Below, piece by piece: positions 21,001-30,771 of a DNA stretch of 64,000 nucleotides. Source of the stretch: Candidatus Poribacteria bacterium. Lineage in GTDB: Bacteria; Poribacteria; WGA-4E; WGA-3G. The position numbers and the translations under genes are program-made. The stretch spans positions 3,584,001 through 3,648,000 of the forward strand of contig OZ243938.1 in NCBI GenBank assembly GCA_965214095.1, read 5' to 3'. The notes below the pieces were generated by a model. It was not told the origin of the DNA. It did not search any database and saw only the letters and a list, made by a program, of their open reading frames with translations. The first letter of the stretch is position 1. Each line of letters starts with the position of its first letter.

Positions 21001-23685
21001 CATACAGGTGGCGTGGTTGAAGATGTCAGTGAAGGTCTGGCACGTAAGATTCTTGCGAAAACTTCAGGAACAGTGCGGTTTAGAGATTTCATTCCTGGAC
21101 GTACTGTAAATGAAATAGACGGGCTCTGGGTTGTAGACAAGGTGGCAGAACACCTTGACCAAGCTAAATATAAGGTCAAGAATGTACAACATCCTGAATG
21201 TCCGCTGCAACCTGATGAACTCCTTACTGAAAGACAATATCAAGAAAACATTGAACGGTATCCTGGGTTTGAAGGAGAACCTATCGTCTTTGAGGTAATC
21301 AAAGTAAACAAACCTGAGATTGTTGAGGAAAATTCAAATAATGAATTTTCATTACAAGAGGGACAGTACCTCACTGAACAGGAATACAGCATGTGTCTTC
21401 ATCGGTATTCATTGTTCCGAGTTTCTGAACCGCTGTACCGTGTTCAAAGTGTGAAACATCCTGAAATTTCATTGGAAACAGGTGTATTGTTGACAGAAAC
21501 AGATATGGAAGCATGGAAAGTTAAAATCCGACCTTTCACGGGTGAATGGGTTTATCAAACTGACAAAGGGGACCTCCTTACCGAAAGTGAATATCTGCAA
21601 CAACAGAAAGATGTTACAGCAGTCATGAAGTACCAAATTGAGTCTATTAAGGATGAGAGTTGTACGTATAAGGAAGGGGATTTACTTGAAGTTGAACAAG
21701 AAAGTCAACATCATATTGATTTTGATGATCCCGTCTATACCGTGAAAGATGTCAGTCCAGGTATAGATCTGTCTGAAGGTCAAGAGTATAGTGTCACTGA
21801 CTTACAGAGGGTACAGGAAGAAAATAAAACTTTTGAAGTCCAACGTCCTACTGCAAAATTGATGCGGGTAACACAAGTAAACCATCCTGAATGTCCGCTG
21901 AAACTTGGTGAAATGATTGATGACGACAGCTTAGAGACACTTCAGGATAAGTTCAGTGGATTTACTGCGGAACGACTCAGATATAGGATTACAGCTGTTC
22001 ATCATCCGGATTGTCCGTTAGACACAGAAGAGCTGCTTACTGAAAATGAGAAAAAGGCTGTGTTGAAAGCGTATCCAGGTTTTGAAGTAGATGTGGAAAA
22101 AAATGAAGGCGCATTTGAAGTTGAAAGACTCTATCGCGTCGTTGCATCACATCACCCAGACTTTCCAGTGTCTGAAGGTGAGATCATCACACAATCTGAG
22201 TCCAATCGGTACCGGCGCATCTTCAAAGGCTTTGACAATGAGAAACTACATATACGTGTCCAGGATGGCGAAGAGACTGAAGAGGTATTAACAGATACCG
22301 AATACAAAGCACTCGTCAAACAGCATAGAGAAACGGATACACCACCACCTGAATTTAAACTGGTATATCATATTCTTGCTGTTCACCATGAGGAATGTCC
22401 ATTTACCGCTGGACTACAGATTGATGAAACTGAATACAAACGGGGTCAACGTTTATATAAGGGATTTGATACGGAACGGGTATTTAAGGTTATCAAAATC
22501 AATGAACCAGATGCCGATGTGAAAGTTGATCAAACCCTTAGTGAGGCTGACTACAAGGAAGCATTATCAACTACTTCACGGAATACTTCTCGAGTTACCA
22601 AAGTTTTACATCCTAACTGTACGCTTGATATTGGTCAAGAGTTGAAAGATTGGGAATATAACACTGCCCTTGAACAATATCCAGGTGTTGTTGTTGATGG
22701 TTTGATCGAAACATTTCGGATAGAAATTATTATGGAAGATGGTGGACATAAATCTCACCTTATTCCAACAGGCTACTCCGTTTCTGTGAAAGATGGCGAT
22801 AGAGTTAACCTACAAAGTCCATTGGCAGAAAGACACGAAAAAAGCACTAACCTTGATATCGTCGTTGGTATTCCGAGGGTGACTGAACTCTTTGAAGCAC
22901 GTCGTCCGAAACGTGAAGACGCTGCCGAAATCGCTGAGATTGATGGACAACTACAACTTTCTGGGCAGAAAGCAGGCGTGCCTCAATACCGAATTGTAGA
23001 TGGTGCAACAAAAAGTCGTCTATATTCTATACCTGACGAGAAAAGACGAGTTGATGATGGGGACGATGTTGAAGCGGGACAACCACTAACTGATGGGTAT
23101 CTCAATCCACACGATATACTTACTATCGGTCGAACTACCCTCAATGGACATTCACTTGAAGGTGAAGAAGCACTTTGGACTTATCTTGTTGATGAAGTGC
23201 AGGCTGTCTATGGCGCAAACACTATTAACGACAAACACGTTGAAGTGATTGTACGTCAAATGCTCCAGAAGATACGGATCCTCACTGTGGGCGATACAAC
23301 GTTCTATGCAAACGACGAGGTTACCAGACACAAGTTCCACGCAGAAAACAGACGCGTTGAAGAAGAAGGTGGCACTCCCGCCACAGGTGAACCTGTCCTG
23401 CAGAGTATCAGTAAAGCATCGCTTAGCACTGAAAGTTTTATCTCCGCAGCGAGTTTCCAACAGACACCGAAAGTCCTAACCGATGCCGCTGTTGAAGGGC
23501 AAACCGACATGCTCACAGGTCTGAAGGAAAACGTAATCCTTGGTAGGCTTATCCCCGCTGGAACAGGTTTTTCTGAATGGCAGGAACTTAATGTGTCTTA
23601 TGATGCAATTGAAGACGAAGTTGAACCAGAAGTATTACCAGAAGAGCTGCCTGAACTGGAAGCCGAAGTCGTTGAAGAAAGGTAG
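18076..23685 (+). CDS. rpoC: DNA-directed RNA polymerase beta' subunit, 1869 aa, with a very large trigger-loop insertion
   Basis: NADFDGDQM catalytic motif, [44 protein letters not shown]. Confidence 0.99.
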   Translation: MADKENRFNRISISIASPEQIKDWAKRTSCKRRNPANDVWTCAEKGTCDCGEIKKAETINYRSFRPEQQGLFCEATFGPQKDFECSCGKYKRIKHKGLICDQCGVEVTKSQVRRERLGYIKLATPVSHIWFFKGIPSRLGTFLELASRQVERVLYFEAFIVTEVTDDNCGLAEKDILTEPEVIAKQREFPDAFKAGTGAEAIQELLSKIDLPEDVKKFKGELEETSSHQKKVKLSKQLKMVAGFEKASMQPDWMILEVLPVISPDLRPLVSLEGGRFATSDLNDLYRRVINRNNRLQKLIDLRSPEVILRNEKRMLQESVDAFLDNGRHGRKVTGPGKRALKSLSDILKGKVGRFRQNLLGKRVDYSGRSVIVVGPELELHQCGIPKLMAVELFKPFIIEKLMTSGEAQTIKRGKHLTDHVTPDSPVWEALEEVIADHPVLLNRPPTLHRLGIQAFMPVLVEGKSIRIPPLVCKAFNADFDGDQMAVHVPLSIEARTEAKMLLLSSGNILKPSHGEPIAVPELDMILGASFLTKELPDHREQAEKLHAAYADSSDKNKVFATLESETWAKRRFTTLDEVTHAHGCGTIKLHDSVVLFFKEHREPILTTVGRVIFNEVLPHTNGTVSLSWPDEISGLELPFFNEEARGRRLSELVKQCFNELGTAETVSLLDRLQKLSFEYATRSGISPGIKDYLIPEEKKKILRDAQKQIDLLRQQEDLEAEEFENEKIRIWSVAVNEVGETLFTELPETKAYLVEQGKEVEGFSPVHLMADSGARARKNPFSQISAIVGLKSRQDGEILSTPIQSSYREGLDVLDYFTSTYGSRKGLVDTAMKTAASGYLTRKLVDVAQDVMITEDDCGTMNGILKFTTDAGSISFKISGRITVEPVVHPSTKEILVESDTFISPQLAQRIEAAEVPSVRVRSILTCETEKGVCARCYGADLTSGQLANVGEAIGIIAAQSIGEPGTQLTMRTFHTGGVVEDVSEGLARKILAKTSGTVRFRDFIPGRTVNEIDGLWVVDKVAEHLDQAKYKVKNVQHPECPLQPDELLTERQYQENIERYPGFEGEPIVFEVIKVNKPEIVEENSNNEFSLQEGQYLTEQEYSMCLHRYSLFRVSEPLYRVQSVKHPEISLETGVLLTETDMEAWKVKIRPFTGEWVYQTDKGDLLTESEYLQQQKDVTAVMKYQIESIKDESCTYKEGDLLEVEQESQHHIDFDDPVYTVKDVSPGIDLSEGQEYSVTDLQRVQEENKTFEVQRPTAKLMRVTQVNHPECPLKLGEMIDDDSLETLQDKFSGFTAERLRYRITAVHHPDCPLDTEELLTENEKKAVLKAYPGFEVDVEKNEGAFEVERLYRVVASHHPDFPVSEGEIITQSESNRYRRIFKGFDNEKLHIRVQDGEETEEVLTDTEYKALVKQHRETDTPPPEFKLVYHILAVHHEECPFTAGLQIDETEYKRGQRLYKGFDTERVFKVIKINEPDADVKVDQTLSEADYKEALSTTSRNTSRVTKVLHPNCTLDIGQELKDWEYNTALEQYPGVVVDGLIETFRIEIIMEDGGHKSHLIPTGYSVSVKDGDRVNLQSPLAERHEKSTNLDIVVGIPRVTELFEARRPKREDAAEIAEIDGQLQLSGQKAGVPQYRIVDGATKSRLYSIPDEKRRVDDGDDVEAGQPLTDGYLNPHDILTIGRTTLNGHSLEGEEALWTYLVDEVQAVYGANTINDKHVEVIVRQMLQKIRILTVGDTTFYANDEVTRHKFHAENRRVEEEGGTPATGEPVLQSISKASLSTESFISAASFQQTPKVLTDAAVEGQTDMLTGLKENVILGRLIPAGTGFSEWQELNVSYDAIEDEVEPEVLPEELPELEAEVVEER

Positions 23686-23697
23686 ACAGACCACTAT

Positions 23698-23847
23698 TAT
23701 AGTGAATTATAAAATTAAGTGAACTTTTGCTTAAGAACTACGGTGTTCGTATTCGTGCAATTCATTGTGCCTCGGACATTCACAGGTAGGCGAGGTTTCC
23801 TAACCTCGTCTATGCAGAGTGTGCAAGTAATTTCAAAATCTACTATA
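23698..23847. mobile_element. MITE-like element with TATAGTG...ACTATA ends carrying internal REPs; related copies at 24411-24547, 35678-35780 and 40927-41175
   Basis: shared ends (tatagtgaattataaa / aatttcaaaatctactata) and a shared internal GTAGGCGAGGTTTCCTAAC hairpin. Confidence 0.65.
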
Positions 23848-23869
23848 ATCTGGTAATCAATCAAAAAGT

Positions 23870-23898
23870 TTGACTTTTTCGTGTGTTAGTAGTATTAT
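23870..23898 (+). promoter_or_regulatory. sigma70-type promoter of the post-rpoC noncoding RNA
   Basis: TTGACT-17 nt-TATTAT; predicted +1 near 23905. Confidence 0.55.
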
Positions 23899-23904
23899 AT
23901 ATTT

Positions 23905-24387
23905 AGCATCTTTGGATAGAGTTCTCACCTCAGGGTTTTCGCGTCCTGAGTCCTATCCGCACCCGTGAGAAAGTGTGTGGTGCTTGTGAGAAATCACTCG
24001 CGGCAGGCATACCGAGAGTTTAAACGCTTGTGGAGTCCAAATAAGACCTTCATATTTCCAATCGGGAAGGAGGCACGAGAGACGGAAGCAGGAAGAGTCA
24101 TTTAGGTTTCTACCTAATATAAGAACTAAGAACCCCAACGGTTTAGTGTGGGGTACATGTCAGTGGAGAATAAATGCCAAGGGAGAGGACAGGGTATACA
24201 CAAATAATCTATCTGTGTATACAGGAAAATAGAATTTCGTCTTAACTGGTATCGGTTGATACCAAAGAGAAATTAACGCTTTCTTCCCATGGTTGGTGGG
24301 TTGACAAACCCGGTTTCTGCAGAATCTGAAATTTATTCATAATTAATATAGATAACGCGCAAGATGAGAATCCTGCGCGTTTTTTTT
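23905..24387 (+). ncRNA. putative large ncRNA containing an IS200/IS605 TnpB-type omegaRNA scaffold (about 24000-24162) with 5' and 3' structured extensions
   Basis: motif string GGCATACCG..AACGCTTGTGGAG..TAAGACC..GGCA..GAAGCAGGAA..ACCCCA-hairpin-TGGGGT-ACATGTCA, typical of tnpB 3' ends; many additional hairpins; own promoter and terminator; no long ORF. Confidence 0.65.
24354..24387 (+). terminator. intrinsic terminator closing the ncRNA unit
   Basis: AACGCGCAAGAT-GAGA-ATCCTGCGCGTT followed by a T run. Confidence 0.75.
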
Positions 24388-24738
24388 GTACTTGGCAAAT
24401 CTGTGACTCTTATAGTGAAATGTAAAAACACGTGCACACTCCCTGGTAGATGCGGTTTCCTAACCGCATCTATGAGACAGAACAAACACCGGTTCGGTTA
24501 GGAAACCGAACCTACCGTAGTGTGTAAATAATTATGGTTTTACTATAAATGCGAATTTTTAGTTGCGGGGTTTGCAGTTACACTGTTTCTTGTTTGTCTA
24601 TCTTTATACCTTTTGTGTGTTACTACGCTATAAAAGACATAAGGATGGAATAAATTAAATTTAACATATCCAGTATTTTAGAAAATTAGAAAAAATAAAT
24701 AAACAGAATCACAAATAGTGATTAAAGGAGAACAAAAA

Positions 24739-27700
24739 TTGTTCCTGAAAACAAAATTGACACTTTCTTTAATATTTAATGTTTTACTTGTTTCCGTGTT
24801 TATGTTAGTTGCAACGCCGAGTTTTGCAACTGTTACCGTAACTGCACAGGTTACTGAGGTAGTAGATTCTTCTACTGGACCACCTATAGTCCAAGGTAAG
24901 AAGGTAGTTACGATAAAATATAGTGAGAATGCTGACCCCGAACCAACATTGAATGATTTTACAACAGATGGTTCTGAAAAACTCATTGATGCTGTGGCAG
25001 CCGATTCAGCTACACTCTCAGTTGAAATTGGTGGGAGTGGTGATACCTATACACTAACGTTTTTGGGTCCTGTTGATGGGTCCGGAGCCCCGATAATTCC
25101 AAACTTGAAATTATCTGGATATGAGATTGAAAACACTTTAGAAGATGATTCTGCTGATATAGCGATTGCTCCTGTCAGGGAATTTCTGCTTGAATTGAAT
25201 ACCATTGGAGGTAAAGGTTATGCCATTATCGCGAATTATACCAATGAGGATAATACGCTAAATAATCTAAGTGATCTTGCAAATGATCCTGCTGAGTACC
25301 CTCGACTTCCAGTTCTTGATGATCCAGATATGATTGTCAGATCTACTTGGTCAAATCATTCTGATGAACTGATGCCGAATCTTAGGAATCTCTTTACAAG
25401 GACTCCGGGTGGTACAATTAACTTGAGGGTTCAAGATAGTACAGGTGCAAAAGTCGGTGACATTCGCGATGTAATGATTAACGAGATAATGTGGGCAATT
25501 GACGAATCATTATTAGGTACTGGAAATGAGAGACGTGAACAGTGGATTGAAATCTGGAACACCAGAACCACACCAATTGCGCTTGGTAATATTCGCCTGT
25601 CAACTTCAAAACAGTATCCAGCACCTGATGAAGAGACCGATAGAGTGAGTAACATACCTGATTTTATAACTTCTTGGGAAGTTTTAGGTCAAGATGGTAA
25701 CTCCAATCCGAATGACCTGAAAGAATTTGTCTCCATGTATCGGACAAAAAAGGCAGATGGTTCAGCTCCTGAAAACTGGAATATATCTATGGAACTGTAT
25801 TATGCGAACTATAGAGGAACACCTGGTCAGGAAAACGCTCTTACAGGCATTCGGGCTGCACGTACTGTTCCAGTCACAGATACACCGGAAAAAACTACTT
25901 TTGTTATCAATGAAATCGGTAATATATCGGATGACACACTTGACTGGATTGAGATTAAGAACATCCATGCAGATGCACAATCATTAAAGAATTGGGCACT
26001 CTCCAAAATTACTGCATTCAATAATGAAATAGAGATCTATCGTTTTCCTGATAAGTCAATTCCCTCAGGTGGAATAGTGTTGTTAGTGAATAGACATCCT
26101 ATTGACACGCCGCTCGCGTCCGGGTTTGATTTGTCTGTGGATAATAGGTACGATCAAGACTTTGGAGCAGATAGCAATGTTTCTTATCTAATTGTTCCAG
26201 AGAATAAGATTGCAATTCCAAATAATAATGATTGGTTCCTTATTCTTCGGGACGGTAGTCCTTGGAATATAAAAGATGGCCGGAGTGTCTATAACTCAGG
26301 TTATCAACTACAGGATGTTGCCGGTCCGGTGCAAATTGAGTTGAAAGATATCAACGTTGAAGTGCCTCGTAAAGAGAAGAAAATAGATGGTACTGGTGGC
26401 GGTGATATTTGGGAAACAACACTATTCCCGATGAATGGTCGTGGTGAAAGTGGTGACAAAATCCTCAGACATGATCGTGACCTGAGTGCAAATGTCTGGG
26501 AACGTGACACTGAAAAACATGGTTGGGAAATACATGCTTTCAACCAAGCTGATTTCTCTGGTGTCGGTTATGACCGTAATGTTAGACCTGAAGCAAGATA
26601 CGGTGGAACACCCGGTTATGAAAACGATGTTAATAAAGGTAAAGCATCCGAATTTACTGATGGAACACTTATCATTAGTGAATTGATGCTCGCAGCCGAT
26701 GGTGGACGTTACCCACAGTGGATTGAACTTCATAACACTTCCAGGACCAATGGTATAGACCTTAGTGCTGACGGAAGTGATATAGATGGTAGCAATAAAG
26801 ATGATGGATGGCGGATGATTATTGAAAACCATAACTCAGGTTCATGGCGAGAATATAACCGCGATTTACTTATTACCATTAATTTGAAGGACTTCGGCGG
26901 TATAAAATATATACCACCGAATCAGACGATTCTTATCACATCCAGAAGAGCAACTAAGGTTTCAGATCGTGATCATTTTCCTGATCATCGGGTTAGTAGT
27001 GTTTGGGAAACAGAGACTGTTCGAAATGCCTTTGATATGATAAATAGAAAATCTTTGATACTGAATGCAGAAAACGGTTTCTATATTAAGATCGTTGATG
27101 GGGCAGGAAATGTTACCGATGAAGTTGGTAATCTTGATGGTCAAGATGCTGATTTTCGTAGAGGCATTGGTTTTGACGATGCTTATAGCTGGCACTGGCC
27201 GACTGAGATGACCGAAGATCGTAAGCGTACCTCATTGATTCGACTTATGGATGACACGTGGGGTGATGGTTCTGTACGAGGCGTATCAGGTGTAAGGTCT
27301 GGAACAGCCGGCACACCACGCAAAGGGGTACCAGATCGGTCTGTTGATGGTGATATAACAGGTGCTGTTGTGCCAATGGGTGTGAACACCCGTCATAGAG
27401 AGTATGCTTGGGTTCATGCTGTTGATACAGACTTTGAAAGCGTACAAGATACATACTATGGTGAAATAAGCGACATTAGTACGCCATTACATACAGCCGG
27501 TACACCATTGCCAGTATCCTTGTCCTTTTTCCGTCCATCACTGGAAGATGGTAAAGTCGTCATCCGTTGGACAACAGAATCTGAACTTGATAACGCAGGA
27601 TTTAATATCCTCCGTAGTCATAGCCGAAATGGTGAATTCGAACAGGTGAATGACAAACTGATCCAAGGTAAAGGTACAACAGCGGAACGTAGTATCTACA

Positions 27701-27867
27701 AATGGGTGGATGTTTCAGCGAAACCAGGTGTTGTCTATTATTACCAAATTGAAGATGTATCCTTCGCAGGTGAACGTTCAACGTTTACAACTACAAAGTT
27801 GAAAGGTTTGATCTCAGCTAAAAACAAACTCCCAATACTGTGGAGTGAATTGAAATCACAGAATTAA
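24739..27867 (+). CDS. large secreted/surface protein with lamin-tail-like (LTD) domains and a conserved C-terminal module
   Basis: signal peptide; INEIMW..WIEI, INEI..WIEI and ISELM..WIEL motifs; C-terminal LPVSLSFF..WTTESE..NAGFN..KL...WSELK; TTG start at 24739 chosen from the GGAG RBS and alignment with the 48179 paralog. Confidence 0.8.
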   Translation: MFLKTKLTLSLIFNVLLVSVFMLVATPSFATVTVTAQVTEVVDSSTGPPIVQGKKVVTIKYSENADPEPTLNDFTTDGSEKLIDAVAADSATLSVEIGGSGDTYTLTFLGPVDGSGAPIIPNLKLSGYEIENTLEDDSADIAIAPVREFLLELNTIGGKGYAIIANYTNEDNTLNNLSDLANDPAEYPRLPVLDDPDMIVRSTWSNHSDELMPNLRNLFTRTPGGTINLRVQDSTGAKVGDIRDVMINEIMWAIDESLLGTGNERREQWIEIWNTRTTPIALGNIRLSTSKQYPAPDEETDRVSNIPDFITSWEVLGQDGNSNPNDLKEFVSMYRTKKADGSAPENWNISMELYYANYRGTPGQENALTGIRAARTVPVTDTPEKTTFVINEIGNISDDTLDWIEIKNIHADAQSLKNWALSKITAFNNEIEIYRFPDKSIPSGGIVLLVNRHPIDTPLASGFDLSVDNRYDQDFGADSNVSYLIVPENKIAIPNNNDWFLILRDGSPWNIKDGRSVYNSGYQLQDVAGPVQIELKDINVEVPRKEKKIDGTGGGDIWETTLFPMNGRGESGDKILRHDRDLSANVWERDTEKHGWEIHAFNQADFSGVGYDRNVRPEARYGGTPGYENDVNKGKASEFTDGTLIISELMLAADGGRYPQWIELHNTSRTNGIDLSADGSDIDGSNKDDGWRMIIENHNSGSWREYNRDLLITINLKDFGGIKYIPPNQTILITSRRATKVSDRDHFPDHRVSSVWETETVRNAFDMINRKSLILNAENGFYIKIVDGAGNVTDEVGNLDGQDADFRRGIGFDDAYSWHWPTEMTEDRKRTSLIRLMDDTWGDGSVRGVSGVRSGTAGTPRKGVPDRSVDGDITGAVVPMGVNTRHREYAWVHAVDTDFESVQDTYYGEISDISTPLHTAGTPLPVSLSFFRPSLEDGKVVIRWTTESELDNAGFNILRSHSRNGEFEQVNDKLIQGKGTTAERSIYKWVDVSAKPGVVYYYQIEDVSFAGERSTFTTTKLKGLISAKNKLPILWSELKSQN

Positions 27868-27898
27868 CTCAAGGTTATTCTAACTAACCTATTCCCAG

Positions 27899-27934
27899 GC
27901 GGATGACGGACTTCGGTTCGTTGTCCGCTTTTTT
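27899..27934 (+). terminator. intrinsic terminator, homologous to 52683-52720
   Basis: GCGGATGACGGAC-TTCG-GTTCGTTGTCCGC followed by T6. Confidence 0.8.
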
Positions 27935-27961
27935 ACTTTCTGAATAATCTATTATGAACGA

Positions 27962-29773
27962 TTAAGACTCGTCAGGGTACATTCCTTCAATAACATTCCC
28001 ATACTTTTCTTTGATAACGTTTCGTTTCAATTTTAGTGTCGGTGTCATTTCATCTTCTTCCTGAGAGAACTCCTTTTCAAGCAGTGCGAACCGTCTAACT
28101 TGCTCAAAGTCAGCAAAGTCTGTCAAACGGTCACGGATTTCTTTTTGAATAAGTTGTTGTACGTCTCGTGTTTTCAATAGTTCAGGCATATCAGAGTTAT
28201 CAACACTGTTTTCCGATGCCCAAGATTTGAGTGCATCAAAATTCGGTACTATCAGCGCGGCAATATTTTTGCGTTCATTTCCAATCAACATAATCTGATC
28301 AATATATGGACTTTGGACCAATTGGCTTTCAATCGGTTGTGGTGCTACATTTTTTCCGTTTGATAGCACGATGATGTTCTTTTTGCGATCTGTGATTTTG
28401 ATGAACCCGTCTTCATCAATGATGCCGATGTCTCCTGTGTGAAACCATCCATCCGCATCGATGACTTCTGCTGTAGCGGTTTCGTTGTTGAAATACCCTT
28501 TCATGACGTGCGATCCACGGGTTAATATTTCTCCATCTTCTGCGATTTGAACTTCTATACCTGGGACGGGTACACCGACAGTCCCAAATTTCCATTTTTC
28601 CGGATAGTTCAAGCTGATAACAGGTGAGGTCTCTGTGAGACCATAGCCTTCTAAAATTAGTATGCCTGCTGCATGGAAAAACTCAGCAATTGACTGTGGT
28701 AACGCTGCACCACCAGAAATGAAAAATCGGAGTTGTCCACCCGTTGCTGTCTTTAATTTTGCGAATACAAGTTTATCTGCAATGCTCTGCTTCAAATTTA
28801 ATATCGCTGAAGGTTTTTTGCCTTGTTGAATTTTAGAACTTACCTTTGAACCGACTGAAACACCCCAGTGGAATATCTTTTGTTTCAGTGATGATCCTGC
28901 CTCAACTGCCCGTAAAACCCTGTCGTGCATGGTTTCGTAGAGACGTGGTACGCTAAGCATTACTGTTGGTGAGACTTCCTGCATATTCTGTGCGACGGTG
29001 AATGTGCTTTCAGCATACGCTATCTTCGCACCAGAAAAAATCGGAACATAGTGTCCACCAAGCCGTTCAAAGACGTGGGATAACGGAAGGAAAGACAACA
29101 AAACATCTGTGTTGCCAACATCTACCAGAGATTTCGCTGCAGTATAGTTCGAAAGGAAATTGGCGTGTGTGAGCATTACACCTTTTGGATTTCCAGTTGT
29201 ACCAGATGTATAGATTATCGTTGCGATTTCATCTTCATCAGTTACATCATCCAATGTCACATCTGTCTCCATTCCTTGACCACACACGTCCGCAAATTCG
29301 TAGACACCCTCTGGTGCGTCATCTTCAAGTTGATCATAAATGATTATCTGTTCCAGTGAAGGCACATCTTCATGGATAGTGATGACTTTCTCCAACTGCT
29401 TCTCTGTAGAGACACAGATAATTTTAGATCCTGAATCGTTGAGAATATAACCTACCTGTGCTGCTGTTAACGTTGAAAACATTGGCACATTTATTGCCCC
29501 AGCTTTCAGAATACCGAAGTCTGAGATTGCCCATTCTGGTCGGTTTTCTGATAAGATGGCAACTCTATCTCCTTTTTGCACTCCTAATATAGATAATCCT
29601 TTACTGAATATGTCAACCGATTCCCCGAATTGAGTGTAGGATATATCTTGATAGGTTCCACCTTTCGGTTTGTGTGCTAATGCGGGTTTGTTACCGTGTT
29701 GTTCAACTGATTGTTCAAACATAGATATCAGCGTCATATTTTGTCCCCCTTCTGTTTTTAAAAAGTTTTTCAT
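27962..29773 (-). CDS. long-chain fatty acid-CoA ligase (FadD/FAA1-like); start likely 29737
   Basis: YTSGTTGNPKG, LPLSHVFER, EGYGLTE, GWFHTGDIG, TPTLKLKR. Confidence 0.93.
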   Translation of the reverse strand: MKNFLKTEGGQNMTLISMFEQSVEQHGNKPALAHKPKGGTYQDISYTQFGESVDIFSKGLSILGVQKGDRVAILSENRPEWAISDFGILKAGAINVPMFSTLTAAQVGYILNDSGSKIICVSTEKQLEKVITIHEDVPSLEQIIIYDQLEDDAPEGVYEFADVCGQGMETDVTLDDVTDEDEIATIIYTSGTTGNPKGVMLTHANFLSNYTAAKSLVDVGNTDVLLSFLPLSHVFERLGGHYVPIFSGAKIAYAESTFTVAQNMQEVSPTVMLSVPRLYETMHDRVLRAVEAGSSLKQKIFHWGVSVGSKVSSKIQQGKKPSAILNLKQSIADKLVFAKLKTATGGQLRFFISGGAALPQSIAEFFHAAGILILEGYGLTETSPVISLNYPEKWKFGTVGVPVPGIEVQIAEDGEILTRGSHVMKGYFNNETATAEVIDADGWFHTGDIGIIDEDGFIKITDRKKNIIVLSNGKNVAPQPIESQLVQSPYIDQIMLIGNERKNIAALIVPNFDALKSWASENSVDNSDMPELLKTRDVQQLIQKEIRDRLTDFADFEQVRRFALLEKEFSQEEDEMTPTLKLKRNVIKEKYGNVIEGMYPDES

Positions 29774-29794
29774 ACCATACTAATAGTTTATATC

Positions 29795-29869
29795 GTAGGT
29801 CGGGTAGAGCGTTAGCGAAACCCGACATGTTCAATGCTTGTCGGGTTTCGCAAGCTCTACCCGACCTAC
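29795..29869. repeat. REP family B doublet (GTAGGTCGGGTAGAG..CGAAACCCGAC inverted pair); also 60117-60189 and 44102-44345
   Basis: GTAG...CTAC inverted pair with short spacer (REPIN-like). Confidence 0.85.
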
Positions 29870-29943
29870 AGGTGTTATATTGAAATGTGAAAAATATAGC
29901 AGAAAAACCGAAAACTAAATACCCCTACTGGTAGATGTTCCTA

Positions 29944-30753
29944 TTATGCTTGGCGAAAACCTGATTCTGTGCGATACCAATTCTGTCCTTCGTTAGGATG
30001 CCGAAACGGTATGTTTCTTCCTAATAGTTGTTTTAATGTATCACTTTCGTTTGCTAAGACATCATCATGTATTTGACGTGGCATATCCTCTTGCGGATAG
30101 ATGACAGATCGGTTATACATACCGAGCAATCCGACACGCGGTGCGTCTGTAGTATTTGGCAGGCATTGGTGCCAAATTGCACCGTTTGTGAATAGGATTG
30201 AACCTTTCGGTGCGATTGCAACACTCATCTCTTGTCCTTCTGCTTCTCCTAATTCTGGTCGGCGGAGTGTTTTGTGTGACTCCGCGATACAGGCAGTTGC
30301 ACCGTTGTCTGCAGTGAATTCGTCTAACATCCATACCGTTTGTCCAGTAAGTGAACCTGAAGGGAACGGTGGTTGCATTGCCCAATATGGGTAATCTATA
30401 TGCCATCCACCAGCAGGCGCGTCCGGTCCAACAATGTTTGCCGTGAACGTGGATGCAATCATATCCTCACCGAGCATACGTTTCCACACTGCTACGACTG
30501 TTGGATGTTGGATGAGTCTTCTGAAGATAGGTGATTTTCCCACAATTGCCCAGACGCGACGTATCTTTCCGTTACCATAACTGTGGTCATAACCGTTAGC
30601 TATATCCTCATCAACCATTTTCCAGATGGCTTCACGTGCTTCATCTGCTTCTTCTGGTGAAATCACATTTTCAATGATATGGAACCCTGTCTCGCGTAGA
30701 TCATGTTCTGCAAGGTCAAGTTTTTCTGAGTTTAATGCTGATTTGATTTGCAT
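29944..30753 (-). CDS. phytanoyl-CoA dioxygenase (PhyH) family Fe(II)/2OG oxygenase
   Basis: WHID (HxD), W.LD.FT..NGAT...SH, distal WH, R. Confidence 0.9.
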   Translation of the reverse strand: MQIKSALNSEKLDLAEHDLRETGFHIIENVISPEEADEAREAIWKMVDEDIANGYDHSYGNGKIRRVWAIVGKSPIFRRLIQHPTVVAVWKRMLGEDMIASTFTANIVGPDAPAGGWHIDYPYWAMQPPFPSGSLTGQTVWMLDEFTADNGATACIAESHKTLRRPELGEAEGQEMSVAIAPKGSILFTNGAIWHQCLPNTTDAPRVGLLGMYNRSVIYPQEDMPRQIHDDVLANESDTLKQLLGRNIPFRHPNEGQNWYRTESGFRQA

Positions 30754-30771
30754 TATTTTCTGTCCTCCGTA

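Noticed and set aside
14021-23722. Numerous short alternative-frame and antisense ORFs within rpoBC and other long genes
   Set aside because: Shadow ORFs with no motifs or RBS support.
24173-24245. Short ORF MPRERTGYTQIIYLCIQENRISS after a GGAG, and the minus-strand ORF 23953-24138
   Set aside because: Very short, no recognisable homology, and embedded in strong RNA stems; cannot be supported, though not formally excluded.
23905-24387. tmRNA, RNase P RNA, SRP or 6S identity for the post-rpoC RNA
   Set aside because: No tRNA-like GGGG...CCA ends, no GAGGAAAGTCC RNase P motif and no SRP loop motif; the IS605 right-end motifs fit better.
27500-27870. Similarity to 52290-52651 as a DGR template/variable repeat pair
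   Set aside because: Both copies are coding, differences are mostly synonymous and not adenine-specific, and there is no reverse transcriptase in the window.
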